NCBI GenBank assembly: GCA_963666215.2
Contig: CAXWPL010000005.1
Span: forward strand, 800,001 to 864,000
Length of the DNA stretch: 64,000 bases
Direction: 5' to 3'
Origin: Acidobacteriota bacterium
GTDB lineage: Bacteria; Acidobacteriota; UBA890; WLXD01
Under the pieces are notes generated by a model that worked only from the letters and a program-made list of their open reading frames with translations, had not been told where the DNA came from and ran no database searches. Every line of letters starts with the position of its first letter. The stretch's first letter is position 1. A program made the translations under genes and the position numbers. Shown piece by piece: positions 50,730 through 61,279 of the stretch.

Positions 50730-51731
50730 TCATTCCTCTTCGTCGGAATACCGACGCTCGCTTCCGCCAGCGTTCGTGACCGGGCGGCGAGCGCGGCGGT
50801 CGACGTTGAGCGTAAAAACATCGGGGCGCGCATAGTGGCCCACGGCATCGAAGTCGAAGGTCGCGCGAGCGATCTCGTCGAGGTCCAGATCGGCCGTGAG
50901 CACACCCTCGGCGCCGAACAGCGGGCCGGCAAGCAGATTTCCGAGCGGCGAGACGATCGCGCTGCCGCCGCTGCAAATCTCCTCGGGCTGGGCCGCGCGC
51001 TCCTCGCGGCAGCCTTCAGGCAGGTCGTCCGGATAGTCGCCGCGCGTCACGTACTGATTGCACCCGAGCACAAAGCACCTGCCCTCGACGGCGATGTGCT
51101 GCAGCGTCGCTTGCCAGGCCCCACGGCAGTCGGCTGTGGGAGCCAGATAAATGCGCACGCCGTCGGCATAGGTCGCGGCGCGCGCCAGCGGCATGTAGTT
51201 CTCCCAACAAATCAACCCCCCTACACGTCCCCACTCGGTGTCGATCGAGGTCAGCGTGCTGCCATCCCCCTCTCCCCAGATCAGCCGTTCCGAGCCAGTT
51301 GGCTTGAGCTTGCGGTGCAGCCCGAGCAAGCGGCCCTCAGGACCGAAGTAGAGCAACGTGCAATACAGTGTGCCGCCACCAAAGCTGCCGTCGCGTTCGA
51401 TGACCCCAACCGCGAGATAAATCGAATGACTGGCCGCGATCTCCCCCAGGCGCTCGGTCGAGGGCCCCGGCACGACAACGGACTGATCCCAGTAGCGCCG
51501 AAAGAGCTCGCGTCCGGAGTCGGTGCGACTGCCCACAACCGCCCCGAAGCCGAGTCCTCGTGGATACGCTGGCACATAGGCCTCGGGAAACAGCACCAGC
51601 CGCGCGCCCGCGGCGGCGGCCTTGGCCGCCCAACCGTCGACGCGCTCGACCGTGGCGTCGCGATCGAAGAGAACCGGCGCGGCCTGCACAACGGCAACAC
51701 GAACGCTGTTCGGGCGAGACGATTCGCTCAT
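50730..51731 (-). CDS. Nitrilase / carbon-nitrogen hydrolase
   Basis: FPEA, HRKLKPT, ICWEN catalytic triad, GHYARPD. Confidence 0.93.
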   Translation of the reverse strand: MSESSRPNSVRVAVVQAAPVLFDRDATVERVDGWAAKAAAAGARLVLFPEAYVPAYPRGLGFGAVVGSRTDSGRELFRRYWDQSVVVPGPSTERLGEIAASHSIYLAVGVIERDGSFGGGTLYCTLLYFGPEGRLLGLHRKLKPTGSERLIWGEGDGSTLTSIDTEWGRVGGLICWENYMPLARAATYADGVRIYLAPTADCRGAWQATLQHIAVEGRCFVLGCNQYVTRGDYPDDLPEGCREERAAQPEEICSGGSAIVSPLGNLLAGPLFGAEGVLTADLDLDEIARATFDFDAVGHYARPDVFTLNVDRRARRPVTNAGGSERRYSDEEE

Positions 51732-52678
51732 TCGGCAAAGAACTCGGTCAAGAGAGCCGCGAGCTGCTCGGGTTGCTCGAGTGCCGGGTAGTGGCCGGAG
51801 TCGTCAACAAAGCGAAGCCCGCCCGCCGAGAAGCCCGGCACCCCTTCTGCCATCTCGAGGAATCCTTCCGACGGCAGAACGTAGTCGCTGTCGCCGGTAA
51901 CAACCATCACCGGAAAGGTCATCGCCGCCCAGTCGGGCATCACGCTAGCTCCAAGGGTGCCGTCGAGATCGATCTCGAAATCCCGGAAATAGCGGCCCAG
52001 AGCACGGCTTACACCGCTGCGTCCGAGCTCGTCGGCGTGCCGCTCCAACGTGCCGGCAGGCAGCGCCATGGCACCGCCAGCGACCGAGCCCTCGTAGATA
52101 CGCTCTAAGAATAGCTCGGCGCTGCGGATGAAGCGCCAGGCTCCGTCGGGCGCCAGCACGAACGAGTTGTAGTCGGGCGTTCGCCTGATGTCGTACACGC
52201 GGTAGGGTGAGGATACGTGCGCGTAGCGCTCGATGCGTTGCGGCGAGTCACCCGCCAACCGCGCCGCAACGAATCCACCCCAGTCGTGACCGACGAGGGC
52301 AAACCGGTCAACGCCGATGGCCGTGAGGAAACGGCCGAGCTCGGCTGCTACGGCCGCAATGGAGTAGTCGCCGTCCGACTTGTCAGACTGGCCGAAGCCC
52401 TTGAGGTCGGGGACGATCAGCCGGAATCCTCTGGCCATGTATGGCATGACGAAGCGCCAACCGTGCCAGCCTTCCGGCATCCCGTGCAGCAACACCACTG
52501 TGGGTCCTGCGCCGGCCTCGACGTAGTGCCAGGTCAGCCCATCGACCTCCACCTCCATGAAGCGGTGCACCGCGCCCGTCACCTCGGCATCCTCGTAGGG
52601 CTCCGGCAATCCGCCGCAGCCGGAAACGAAGCTGGCCAATAGAACGAGCGCGACGGGCGCCGCTGCCAAGACTCGCAC
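51728..52678 (-). CDS. Alpha/beta hydrolase lipoprotein (epoxide hydrolase-like)
   Basis: LLHGMPE, PDLKGFG, GHDWGG, SGHY; lipobox VSGC. Confidence 0.88.
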   Translation of the reverse strand: MRVLAAAPVALVLLASFVSGCGGLPEPYEDAEVTGAVHRFMEVEVDGLTWHYVEAGAGPTVVLLHGMPEGWHGWRFVMPYMARGFRLIVPDLKGFGQSDKSDGDYSIAAVAAELGRFLTAIGVDRFALVGHDWGGFVAARLAGDSPQRIERYAHVSSPYRVYDIRRTPDYNSFVLAPDGAWRFIRSAELFLERIYEGSVAGGAMALPAGTLERHADELGRSGVSRALGRYFRDFEIDLDGTLGASVMPDWAAMTFPVMVVTGDSDYVLPSEGFLEMAEGVPGFSAGGLRFVDDSGHYPALEQPEQLAALLTEFFAE

Positions 52679-52679
52679 G

Positions 52680-54093
52680 CTAGGAGAATATCCCCCGTTC
52701 CTGGTACGTGAGTGCGATCTTGTCGATGGCACAAACGAACGCTGCGGTGCGAAGGTCGATGCTGCCCGCACGGGCCTGAATTTCGCGAATCTCGGAGTAG
52801 GCCTCGATGATCGTGTCTTCGAGGCCTGAATTCACCAGATCCTCCTCGCGGGCCCCCTGGGCTACCGCCTCGATCACTCTCGGAGGGAAGCGACGCTCGG
52901 TGATCTGCTCGACCGTCTCGAGCAGACCCGTGCGCATGCGCATGTCGAAGCGCCGGCCGAGCCGCCCGAAGCGCAGGTGGGTCAGGTTCTTTACCCACTC
53001 GAAGTACGAAACCGTAACGCCACCAGGGTTGAGGAGCAGATCGGGGATGATCATCACGCCCTGGTTCAGCAGCATCTCGCTCGCATGCGCCGTAACCGGG
53101 CCGTTGGCGGCTTCGCCGATGATCTTGGCGCGCACTCGCGGGGCGTTCTCGGAGGTGATCTGGTTCTCGAGCGCCGCCGGCACAAGGATGTCGCAATCCA
53201 GCTCGAGCGCCGCCTCGCGCGCCGGAAGGTTCGTCGCGCCCGCGAAGTCGAGCAACGAGCCGGAGTCGGCACGATGCGCCATGACCTCGTCGATGTCGAG
53301 GCCGTTGTCGTTGTGAATCGCCCCCTCGAACTCTGCCAGGCCGACGATCCGTGCGCCGCCTTCTTGCAAGAACTTGGCGGAGTGGTAGCCGACGTTGCCG
53401 AGCCCCTGGAGCACCACTCGTTTGCCCTCGAGCCCCGGCGTCAGCCCGAGCGCCTTCATGTCGTCTGCGCAGGAGCACGCCTCGCGGATGCCGAAGAACA
53501 CACCTCGACCCGTGGCTTCGACGCGTCCGCGGATCCCGCCCTGTGCGAGTGGCTTGCCGGTCACACACCCCGCAGCATCGAGCTGCGATGGCGCAACCGC
53601 CGTGAACGTGTCGACGATCCACGCCATCTCTTGAGGGCCGGTGCCGTAGTCGGGCGCCGGCACGTCAATCCCGGGGCCGATGAAGTTCTTCTGGAACAGC
53701 TCGAAGGTGTAGCAGCCGTGTGATGCGCTCACGCTCGCTGTCGCTGTAGCAGTGCGGATCGATCTTGACCGCACCCTTGGAACCACCGAACGGCACGTTG
53801 ACGATGGCGCATTTGTAGGTCATGAGCGCCGCCAGCGCCATGACCTCATCCTCAGACGCGTGCGTGGTGAATCGAATCCCGCCCTTGGAAGGCAACTTGT
53901 GATTGCTGTGAACCGCGCGCCAGGCGTGGATGCTCTCGATGCCGCCGTCATCGCGCTTCAGCGGAAACGTCGCGTGATAAACACTGTTGCAGATCTTGAT
54001 CTGGCGCAGGAGCCCTTTCTCGTGCGCTGTTTGCACCGCCGCCTTGTCGAAGTACTGGTTGACCTGACGGAAGAACTTGATCGGCCTAGCCAT
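52680..54093 (-). pseudogene. gdhA: Glu/Leu/Phe/Val dehydrogenase (glutamate dehydrogenase) with a +1 frameshift at 53714 (probable sequencing error)
   Basis: KGGIRF, MTYKC, GGSKG / VPAPD, VTGKP, QGLGNVG, EAANGP; deleting 53714 restores ERITRRYTFEL. Confidence 0.85.
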
Positions 54094-54398
54094 CGAGCTA
54101 CCCTCGTTCTACGCGGACAGTGGCGCCGCGTGCCAAGCCACGCTATCCCTACCGAAGACCTGAGCGGGTATCTGCGAAGAGCGCATTCGGCGTGACGACC
54201 ACCAGCGCCGCGATGCGAGCCGACACGGTAAGAGCCGCCTGTCCTTCGGGTCAACACGACAAAGACGATCGACACGACCCCGATCCGCGGCAACCGGCCT
54301 GGCGTGCCCCGGTGAGGCGGGTCTCGAGTGGTGTGGAATCGGCCACCGCCCCGACCGTCCGCGCCTTCGTCGGCCCACTTCAAGCCAGGGCATCTAAC

Positions 54399-55710
54399 AT
54401 GGAAACCGCGAGTAGCCTCCTGCCGGCAGTTCTTACCGGGCTGGTCTTCCTCAGCCTGGTAGCGATCGCTCTGCTGGCGGTGCAGCGCCGCTTTCCGCTG
54501 GTTGGCCAGCTCGCGTTCCCGGTCTTCGTAGCCGCCTTCGCCTTCGGACTCTGGGTGGCGCTGCTCTTCAACCTGGGCGACATCAGCGCCCACGAGGGCG
54601 GGCGTCTGCTGCTCGCGGCGGTGGTGTTCCTCGTCATCGTTGTCGTCCTGCGCGTTCTCGGCTGGTACATCTTCGACGTCCATCTCGGACGCCATAAGGG
54701 GATGGAACTGCCGTCGCTTCTACCGAAGGTGATGATTGGTGTCGCCTACATCACTGCTGGGCTGATCATCCTCAAGTACATCGGCCAATAGGACATGAGC
54801 TGGCTGGCAGCCACCGGCGCCGTCAGCTCATGTCCTGGGTCTGGCATTGCAGCCGATCCTCACGAACTTCTTCGCCGGCGTCGTCCTGGCGATCGAGCGG
54901 CCCTTCAGGATCAACGACTGGATCCAGGTGAACGACTACGAGGGCATGGTCACCAAGATGACCTGGAGGACGACCTACATCCGCACGCGAGACAACGACA
55001 ACATCATCTTCCCCAACGCCAATATCGCGCAGGAAACCATCATCAACTTCCTGTACCCGCACCCGTTGCATCTGGTGCGCGTGTATGTGGGAGCCCACTA
55101 CCGCACCCCGCCCTATCGCATCCAGCGCGCCCTCCTCGACGCCGCAGGACGAGTGGAGGGAGTGCTCGACAACCCGATTGCGGCCGTCTACGTCACCGAT
55201 TTCGCCGAGAGCTCCATTCAGTACGAGCTCAGGATCTGGATCGACGACATGGCGCGGCTTCCAAAGATCGCCAGCGAAGCACGACAAGAGGTGTGGGAGG
55301 AGTTCCGGCGAGCGGGCATCGTGATCCCCTTCCCGATCCGCACGCTCGAAATGGCCGCGGGCCAACGAATCGACGTCGGCGAGCCCCAGGCGTTGAAGAC
55401 CACGCCGGGCCCATACGCGGCGCGTTTGTTCGTCGCGCTGGGCAAGCGCTCTGGCGCCGCCGTCGAGCTCGGCAAGGATCCGATCACCATCGGTCGCTCG
55501 CACAACTGCGTGCTGATGGTTGCGGAGCCCATGGCGAGCAAGCAGCATTGCACCGTCGAGTGGGATAATGGCGCGTACGTGATGCGCGATGTTGACAGTA
55601 CACATGGAACGAAGGTTAACGGCCGTCGAGTACAGGCGCGTGTGTTGAAAGACCTGGACCGCATTCAGATCGCCGACACCGAGATCGTGTTCGAGTCTCA
55701 TGGCCACTGA
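54399..55710 (+). pseudogene. MscS-family channel with C-terminal FHA domain; in-frame TAG at 54789 and a frameshift near 54831
   Basis: TM N-terminus; LGLALQPILTNFFAG..PFRINDWI, WRTT, IFPN, GIVIPFP; FHA ITIGRS..SKQH..STHGT. Confidence 0.75.
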
Positions 55711-56620
55711 TCTTCCCAAGACGATCGGGCGGTACGAGATCAAGGCGCGGATCGACCGTGGGGGCGCCGCAGAGGTGTTCCAGGCGATCGACCCGAACAC
55801 CAACAAGGCCGTGGCGCTGAAGATCTACCCTGCTGGCCGAACCGGTGCTTGGGTAGAGCGCCGTACGGCGGCGCTCGAGAAGGCCCGCACCGCCGATCGC
55901 CCCGACTTCGTTCAGATCGAAGAGATCGGCGAGATCGAGGGATCGGTCTACGTAGCCATGGAGTACATCTCGGGCGGCTCGCTGGCCAAGCTGTTGAAGC
56001 GTGGACGACCAGCGCTGAACAAAACGCTCGGGTTCGCCCGCAAGCTCGCCGAGACCATGGCTCGGGTCCACGCCGACGACGTGATCCACGGCAGTCTCAG
56101 CCCGCACCGAATTCTGGTATCGGCCGACCTGCGCAGCCTCAAGATCATCGACGCCGCGATCGCTACCGAAGAGGGCCGCGCCAGCGTCGAGGTCACGGCC
56201 GCCACGATGATGGCCACCGACAAGATCAACTACATGGCTTTCGAGCAGGTGCGCGACCCGGAGAGCATCGATCATCGAGTCGACATCTACTCGTTCGGCG
56301 TCGTTTTCTACGAGATGCTCACTGGCGGCCTCCCGCTCGGCCGAGCCACGCTGCCGAGCACTCTGCACAGCGACGTCCCTGCGGCAGTCGACGAGATGGT
56401 CCTCAAGTGCCTCACCAAGGACCGTGACGGTCGCTACGCCTCGATGAACGAAGTCGTCGCCGCCCTCGACAAGCTCAAGCAGGCGATGCCGGCGCGCATC
56501 GAGGACGAAATCAAAGAATTTACCCTCAGCGCGACTGCGGCTGGCATTCCGTGGAAGCTCGTCGCCGTCGGCGGCGGGCTCGTTCTACTGGCTGCGGTGC
56601 TGGCGCTGTTGTTCCTGTAA
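55700..56620 (+). CDS. Hanks-type Ser/Thr pseudokinase with C-terminal membrane anchor
   Basis: RYEI, VALK, YVAMEYI and DIYSFGVVFYEMLTG retained; HRDxKxxN replaced by HGSLSPHR, DFG by DAA, APE by AFE. Confidence 0.85.
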   Translation: MATDLPKTIGRYEIKARIDRGGAAEVFQAIDPNTNKAVALKIYPAGRTGAWVERRTAALEKARTADRPDFVQIEEIGEIEGSVYVAMEYISGGSLAKLLKRGRPALNKTLGFARKLAETMARVHADDVIHGSLSPHRILVSADLRSLKIIDAAIATEEGRASVEVTAATMMATDKINYMAFEQVRDPESIDHRVDIYSFGVVFYEMLTGGLPLGRATLPSTLHSDVPAAVDEMVLKCLTKDRDGRYASMNEVVAALDKLKQAMPARIEDEIKEFTLSATAAGIPWKLVAVGGGLVLLAAVLALLFL

Positions 56621-56639
56621 CCGGCGATCGACGACTGCC

Positions 56640-57002
56640 ATGAAGCCGTCCCCGCAGGCCAACAGCCGTGGTCCCCGTGGTCCCCGTGGTCCGGTGGAGA
56701 CGGCAATCGAGGCCAAGCTCCGGGAAACCTTCGAGCCGCTGGCCCTGGTCGTGACGAACGAGAGCCACATGCATGCAGTCGGCCCCGGTGCCGAGACCCA
56801 CTTCCGCGTTTATGTGGTCTCGCGCGCCTTCGAGGGCCAGCGCGCCGTCCAGCGCCACCAAGCAATCTACGCCGCGCTCGCTCAGGAGCGCGCCGACGGT
56901 GTGCACGCACTGGGCATGCAAACGCTCACGCCCGATGAGTACCAGGCTTCCGGACAGGAGATCGCCGAGTCGCCACCGTGCCTCGGCGGCGACAACGCCT
57001 AG
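56640..57002 (+). CDS. bolA: BolA family protein
   Basis: NESHMH, ETHFRV, F..RHQAIY, VHAL, SPPCLGG. Confidence 0.93.
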   Translation: MKPSPQANSRGPRGPRGPVETAIEAKLRETFEPLALVVTNESHMHAVGPGAETHFRVYVVSRAFEGQRAVQRHQAIYAALAQERADGVHALGMQTLTPDEYQASGQEIAESPPCLGGDNA

Positions 57003-57244
57003 AGTCCGTAGCAACCGACTGCCTGACGGCCCCTTTGCTCAACAGGTCCGGTAGATCCGGTAGCTCGCCAGCTCCGGCAGATCCAGCCTCTGGGTCCAGC
57101 AAGGCCGCTAGCTCCGGGCGGCAACAGCAAGGGCCGGTCCGCGTAGCGCGCCAACCGGCCCCTGGATTTGCTACCTCGCCCGCGGTCGACCACGGTCGCC
57201 GTTCTCGGGCTCGGAGCCCGAGGGGGTGAGGATGTGCTGCCTGA

Positions 57245-57655
57245 CTAGTGGCTGACCAGCGGCTTCAGCTGTCCAGCCTGCTTGATCCAATCCTCGACCA
57301 TCGCCTGCGACGGGCACCGCCGTGCGATGCGCTTCCTGCGATAGATCACCGCCATCTTCGCGGTGACGTTCTTGGCGTTGCGTCGGCGCAACTCCTTGAC
57401 GGTGTCGACCCCGGCAGCCTCGAGCAGCTCTGAGAACTGGCCGCCGATACCGCGGATGCGCATGAGGTCCGCATGGTTGGTCCACTTGAGAAGACGCTTG
57501 GCGTCGATGCCGGTCTCCTTGGCGATCGCCGCGCGACCCTTACGCTCGCAACAGTTCTTCAGCAGCGCGCCAGTGGAACGAACGCCCGCCTTGACCAGCT
57601 TGCGCGCGTTCATTTTGCCGATGCCTTCGATCTCGACGATGTTGTAGCTCATCAT
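57245..57655 (-). CDS. DUF4332-like helix-hairpin-helix protein
   Basis: IEGIG, ADLMRIRGIG, LLEAAGVDTVKEL. Confidence 0.85.
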   Translation of the reverse strand: MMSYNIVEIEGIGKMNARKLVKAGVRSTGALLKNCCERKGRAAIAKETGIDAKRLLKWTNHADLMRIRGIGGQFSELLEAAGVDTVKELRRRNAKNVTAKMAVIYRRKRIARRCPSQAMVEDWIKQAGQLKPLVSH

Positions 57656-57736
57656 GTTGCACTCGCCCTTCCGTTGCGCGCCGAAGCCCGCGCCTTGGGT
57701 ACGGTACTTGCGCGGCTCTGGCGGCGGCCCCCGAAG

Positions 57737-58211
57737 CTAGTCCTCGTCCTGAGGAGGAATCCGCAGAACCTGGCCCGGGTAGATCTTGTCGGGATCTTCG
57801 AGCATCGGTCGATTGGCCTCGAAGATCACGGGGTACTTGCTCGAGCGACCGTAGAGCTGCTTGGCGATCCGACCAAGGGTATCGCCGCTGACCACTGTAT
57901 AGAACTGCGCTTCCGGCTCCGCGGCCACCACCTCGATGCGGTCATCGACCCTGGAAATGCCCTCCACGTTGCCGATCAGCAGCACGACCTTCTCTCGAGT
58001 CGCCTGATCGGCAGTCTGACCGCTGATCGTCGCCGTCTCACCGGTCACCGAGACCGCCATGGCGTCGACCTCGAAGCCCATGCTCGAGATCAAGTCGCTG
58101 AGCGACCGTGCTCGCCTCTGCTGCCGCCTCGGCGGCTGCCTTACGCGCTTCCTCTTCTGGATCGCCGAAGATCTTCTTGCCGGCGCCTCGGACAAAATCG
58201 AACAGCCCCAA
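57737..58211 (-). pseudogene. kbp: Kbp/YgaU BON-LysM potassium-binding protein; frameshift near 58115 (probable sequencing error)
   Basis: AGGAGG SD + TTG gives MGLFDFVRGAGKKIF; the other frame has GNVEGI and YTVVSGDTL..IFEAN..PDKIYPGQ. Confidence 0.8.
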
Positions 58212-58274
58212 GGGGTGCCTCCTATCGTTCCTGAAGATGGTGCCGCGGCGACGCGATCAGCGTCGCCAAAGCGA

Positions 58275-58862
58275 CTAACGACCGCTCAGCAGCTTGCCGA
58301 GCAGGCTTGTCCCCATGCGGGCCAAGTCGTCCGTGACGCTGCCGTCACCATCCGCATCGAGCAAGTTTCCCACAAGGCCGGGGGTGCTGCTCTCAAAGCG
58401 TTCGTGTTCCTGGTTGAGCATGCTGGCGAGCCCGCCCGCGTCCAGACCTTGCTTGCGCTGCTGCTGACCGAGAGCCCCCATGACCAACGGTGCGAGCATC
58501 GGCAGCAGCTTCGTGATAGTCTCGACATCGAGCCCGCTCGCGCCGCTCGAACCGGCCTGCACCGTATCCCTGCGACTCCCCAGAATGTGACCGAGAATCC
58601 CTTCGCCCGGACCCTGTTCCGCCTGATTCAGGAAGCCGCCAATGTCGCCGAGAACGCTGCCGTCGTGATCGTTGGTGAGAGCCCGCGACAGCGACTCGGC
58701 GCCGTTTGACGAGGCGGCGTTGCGTGCCAGCGCGCCGACAAGCGCCGGCAGCGCGCCTGCGATCGCCTTGCTGGTGGCTCCTTGGTCAGCGCCGAGCTGG
58801 CGCGCCATCTGTTGTGCGGCAGCGCCGCCGATCTGCTGAGTGAGCATATCCAAGAGTGACAC
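58275..58862 (-). CDS. DUF937 family protein
   Basis: LTNDHDGS, GEGILGHILG, LLPMLAPLVMG, LDADGDG. Confidence 0.8.
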   Translation of the reverse strand: MSLLDMLTQQIGGAAAQQMARQLGADQGATSKAIAGALPALVGALARNAASSNGAESLSRALTNDHDGSVLGDIGGFLNQAEQGPGEGILGHILGSRRDTVQAGSSGASGLDVETITKLLPMLAPLVMGALGQQQRKQGLDAGGLASMLNQEHERFESSTPGLVGNLLDADGDGSVTDDLARMGTSLLGKLLSGR

Positions 58863-58961
58863 GGTGAGCTCCTTCGAGTAGCGGGATTCGCGATGGTGGG
58901 CCCCTGCCCGCGTACGGGAATCTCGGAGCGTACGAGATGGGAAGTGGTACGAGCTTGTGGC

Positions 58962-59392
58962 CTAACGCCCGGCCTTCAACAGGTCGCGAATCTCCTCGAG
59001 CAACACTTCCTCCTTGGGGGCTCGGGAGGCGCCGCCGGTGCGGCCTCTTCCTGTTCCTTGAAGCTGTTGAACCTCCGAATGACCATGAAGAGCACCAACG
59101 CGACGATCAAGAAGGTGATGATGCTGTTGACGAAATTACCCCAGTTCAGCGTGACGGCTCCGGCCTCGCTGGCGGCGGCGAGGGTGGGGTACGGGCCGGC
59201 TGGCGAGCCCTCGCTCAACACCATGTGCATCTCGGAGAAGTCGACGCCCCCCATGGCCAGACCGAGGGGTGGCATCAGAACATCACCTACGAGCGACGCA
59301 ATGATGGTGCCGAACGCGGCACCAATGACGATGCCGACCGCCACGTCGAGCATGTTGCCCTTGGCGGCGAAGTTCTTGAACTCTCGGAGCAT
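58962..59392 (-). CDS. mscL: Large-conductance mechanosensitive channel; -1 homopolymer frameshift at 59016-59020
   Basis: EFKNFAAKGNMLDVAVGIVIGAAF; adding one base restores PPKEEVLLEEIRDLLK. Confidence 0.9.
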
Positions 59393-59560
59393 GGGGAGGT
59401 GCCCTTTCTGCCGGATCCCGACGAGAGCAACCCTCCGGCCATCTCGGCGACATCGTGGACGCTGCGGCTGCGCCTTGTGTCGTTCTTTAACACAGATTGC
59501 GAACAAACAAAAAAGTCACATCGGCCGATGCCTGGGGCCGGTTGCGGTGCCGGCGAATGT

Positions 59561-59587
59561 GTGACTTCCTGCCAGAGTTGGTTGTCT
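59561..59587 (+). promoter_or_regulatory. Putative ECF sigma autoregulatory promoter GTGACTT-N16-GTC
   Basis: The same motif and spacing recur at 61276-61301. Confidence 0.55.
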
Positions 59588-59601
59588 GCTGAGAGAACGA
59601 G

Positions 59602-60201
59602 ATGCACGCCATCATCGAGCCCACCGACGACGAGCTGGTTGCGCGGGTCAAGTCATCAAGTCGAGACGACCTGCGTGCCTTCGAAGCTCTCGTCCGCCGT
59701 CACCAGACCAACGTCATGACCAACTGCAGGTATCTGACCGGATCGGTGGACGACGCCGAAGACCTGGCGCAGGACGTTTTCACCAAGGCCTTCTTCGGTC
59801 TGAAGAAGTTCGAGGGACGATCGCCGTTCGGAACTTGGCTGAAGCGCATCAAGGTCAACCACTGCTTCAACTACCTGAAGCAACGCGCTCGCCGCGGCCA
59901 GCCGACCAGCTTCGATGATGAAGACGAGCGCTCCGGGGCCGCCGAACCGGCGGTCGAGCCGCAGGCGGAGGCCCGCGTCTTGCTTCTCGACACCCGAGAG
60001 CAGATCGGCCGTGTGCTCGACGAGATGCCCGAAGACCTGCGCGTCGCGTTGCTGCTGCGGGATTTCGATGGGCTGTCCTATCAGGAGGTGGCCGAGCAGC
60101 TCGGCATCGGCTTATCGGCGGTCAAGATGCGGATCAAGCACGGTCGCTCCGACTTCCGCGCACGCTTTGTAGCCGCCCGGAATGGCGAACAGACGGCGTG
60201 A
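59602..60201 (+). CDS. ECF RNA polymerase sigma factor
   Basis: DAEDLAQDVF, FGTWLKRI, GLSYQEVA..VKMRI. Confidence 0.93.
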   Translation: MHAIIEPTDDELVARVKSSSRDDLRAFEALVRRHQTNVMTNCRYLTGSVDDAEDLAQDVFTKAFFGLKKFEGRSPFGTWLKRIKVNHCFNYLKQRARRGQPTSFDDEDERSGAAEPAVEPQAEARVLLLDTREQIGRVLDEMPEDLRVALLLRDFDGLSYQEVAEQLGIGLSAVKMRIKHGRSDFRARFVAARNGEQTA

Positions 60202-60446
60202 GCGACGAGAGCCGCCACGTACGAGTCGACGAGATCGACACAGGAGAGCCTGTTGCCGAGCTGCTGCAGCTCCAGGTGCAGCCTTCGCCGCGCCTACTCG
60301 AAAAGTTGCGATCACGAATCGGCCGTCGTTTGCTCGCCGGCGACCTCGCCGGGCTGGCATGGCAGGGCCCGATCGCCCTCCTGCGCGAGTTCTTGGGCTT
60401 GATCTTCCAGGCCTGGTCCCCACCGGTTAGCAAGGAAAAGCCATGA
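60198..60446 (+). CDS. Small protein, putative anti-sigma or accessory factor
   Basis: GTGA overlap with the sigma gene and ATGA overlap with the next gene; amphipathic C-terminus. Confidence 0.6.
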   Translation: MSDESRHVRVDEIDTGEPVAELLQLQVQPSPRLLEKLRSRIGRRLLAGDLAGLAWQGPIALLREFLGLIFQAWSPPVSKEKP

Positions 60447-61279
60447 TCGACGACGCCCGCGAGCTTCTGCTCAATGTCCTACAGGGACTCATCGAGTCGG
60501 TGATCGGCGCGCTCCCCACGGTCGTGATGGGCACGCTGCTGATCATCGTCGCCCTGTGCGCCGCGAAGCTGGTTGAGGTCGGACTGCGCGCCATTCTGAG
60601 ACGCTTGCGCCTCGATTCGCTGGTCCAGCGCACCGGCATCGACGACGCCATCCGCGGACTCGGTCTGCACCGCTCGCTGAGTGAATTCCTGCCGCGTGTT
60701 GCCTACTTCCTGCTGCTTTTCCTCTTCGCCCGCACAGCCGCGGACTCGCTCGGCCTCGACGCGATCTCGCAAGCGCTCGGTTCGTTCCTCGCCTATCTGC
60801 CGAACCTGGTGGCCGCCGTCGTCATCCTGCTGTCGGGCAGCGTCGCAGCGCAGATCGCTGGCAAAGCCGTGGAGACCGCAGCGTCGAACTCGGGCATCGA
60901 CTTCGCCTCATCGCTGGGCACCATGGTCACAGTGCTGATCACGTTCGTGCTCGGCATCATGGCGATAGGGCAGCCGCAGATCGACGTGGAGATGATCCGG
61001 CTGGTGACGGCAGGCTTGCTGGCGACATTCGCGATCGCGTTCGGCCTGTCTTTCGGGCTCGGCAGCCGAGACATCACGCGCAACGTCCTCGCTGGCCTCT
61101 ACTCGCGGCGCGTTTTCGACGTTGGCGCGGAGCTGGACATCGGTGGTGAGCGTGGCGTGCTCGCCTCGATCACACCCACACAGACAGTGCTCGAGCGTGA
61201 TGGCCTCCGCATCGCGGTGGCCAACAGGGTGTTCCTCGAGCAGGTCATCAAGCAGCACGAGCCCTCTTCGGCCAAGTGA
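60443..61279 (+). CDS. TM_helix-repeat MscS-related membrane protein with a short MscS beta domain
   Basis: YLPNLVAA, AFGLSFGLGSRD..NVLAG, FDVGAEL..G. Confidence 0.8.
   Translation: MIDDARELLLNVLQGLIESVIGALPTVVMGTLLIIVALCAAKLVEVGLRAILRRLRLDSLVQRTGIDDAIRGLGLHRSLSEFLPRVAYFLLLFLFARTAADSLGLDAISQALGSFLAYLPNLVAAVVILLSGSVAAQIAGKAVETAASNSGIDFASSLGTMVTVLITFVLGIMAIGQPQIDVEMIRLVTAGLLATFAIAFGLSFGLGSRDITRNVLAGLYSRRVFDVGAELDIGGERGVLASITPTQTVLERDGLRIAVANRVFLEQVIKQHEPSSAK

Noticed and set aside
54118-54140. TGGCACG sigma54-like -24 elements (also near 11455 and 45863)
   Set aside because: No TTGC -12 element at the required spacing
54789-54791. In-frame TAG as possible pyrrolysine or readthrough
   Set aside because: A frameshift follows about 40 nt later, other errors cluster nearby, and TAG is a normal stop throughout the window
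57003-57244. Possible sRNA or small ORF between bolA and DUF4332
   Set aside because: Only short 9-bp repeats and one GC hairpin, compatible with a terminator between convergent genes
59016-59020. Programmed frameshift or phase variation in mscL
   Set aside because: A G5 run is too short and has no slippery-site context; homopolymer sequencing error is more likely
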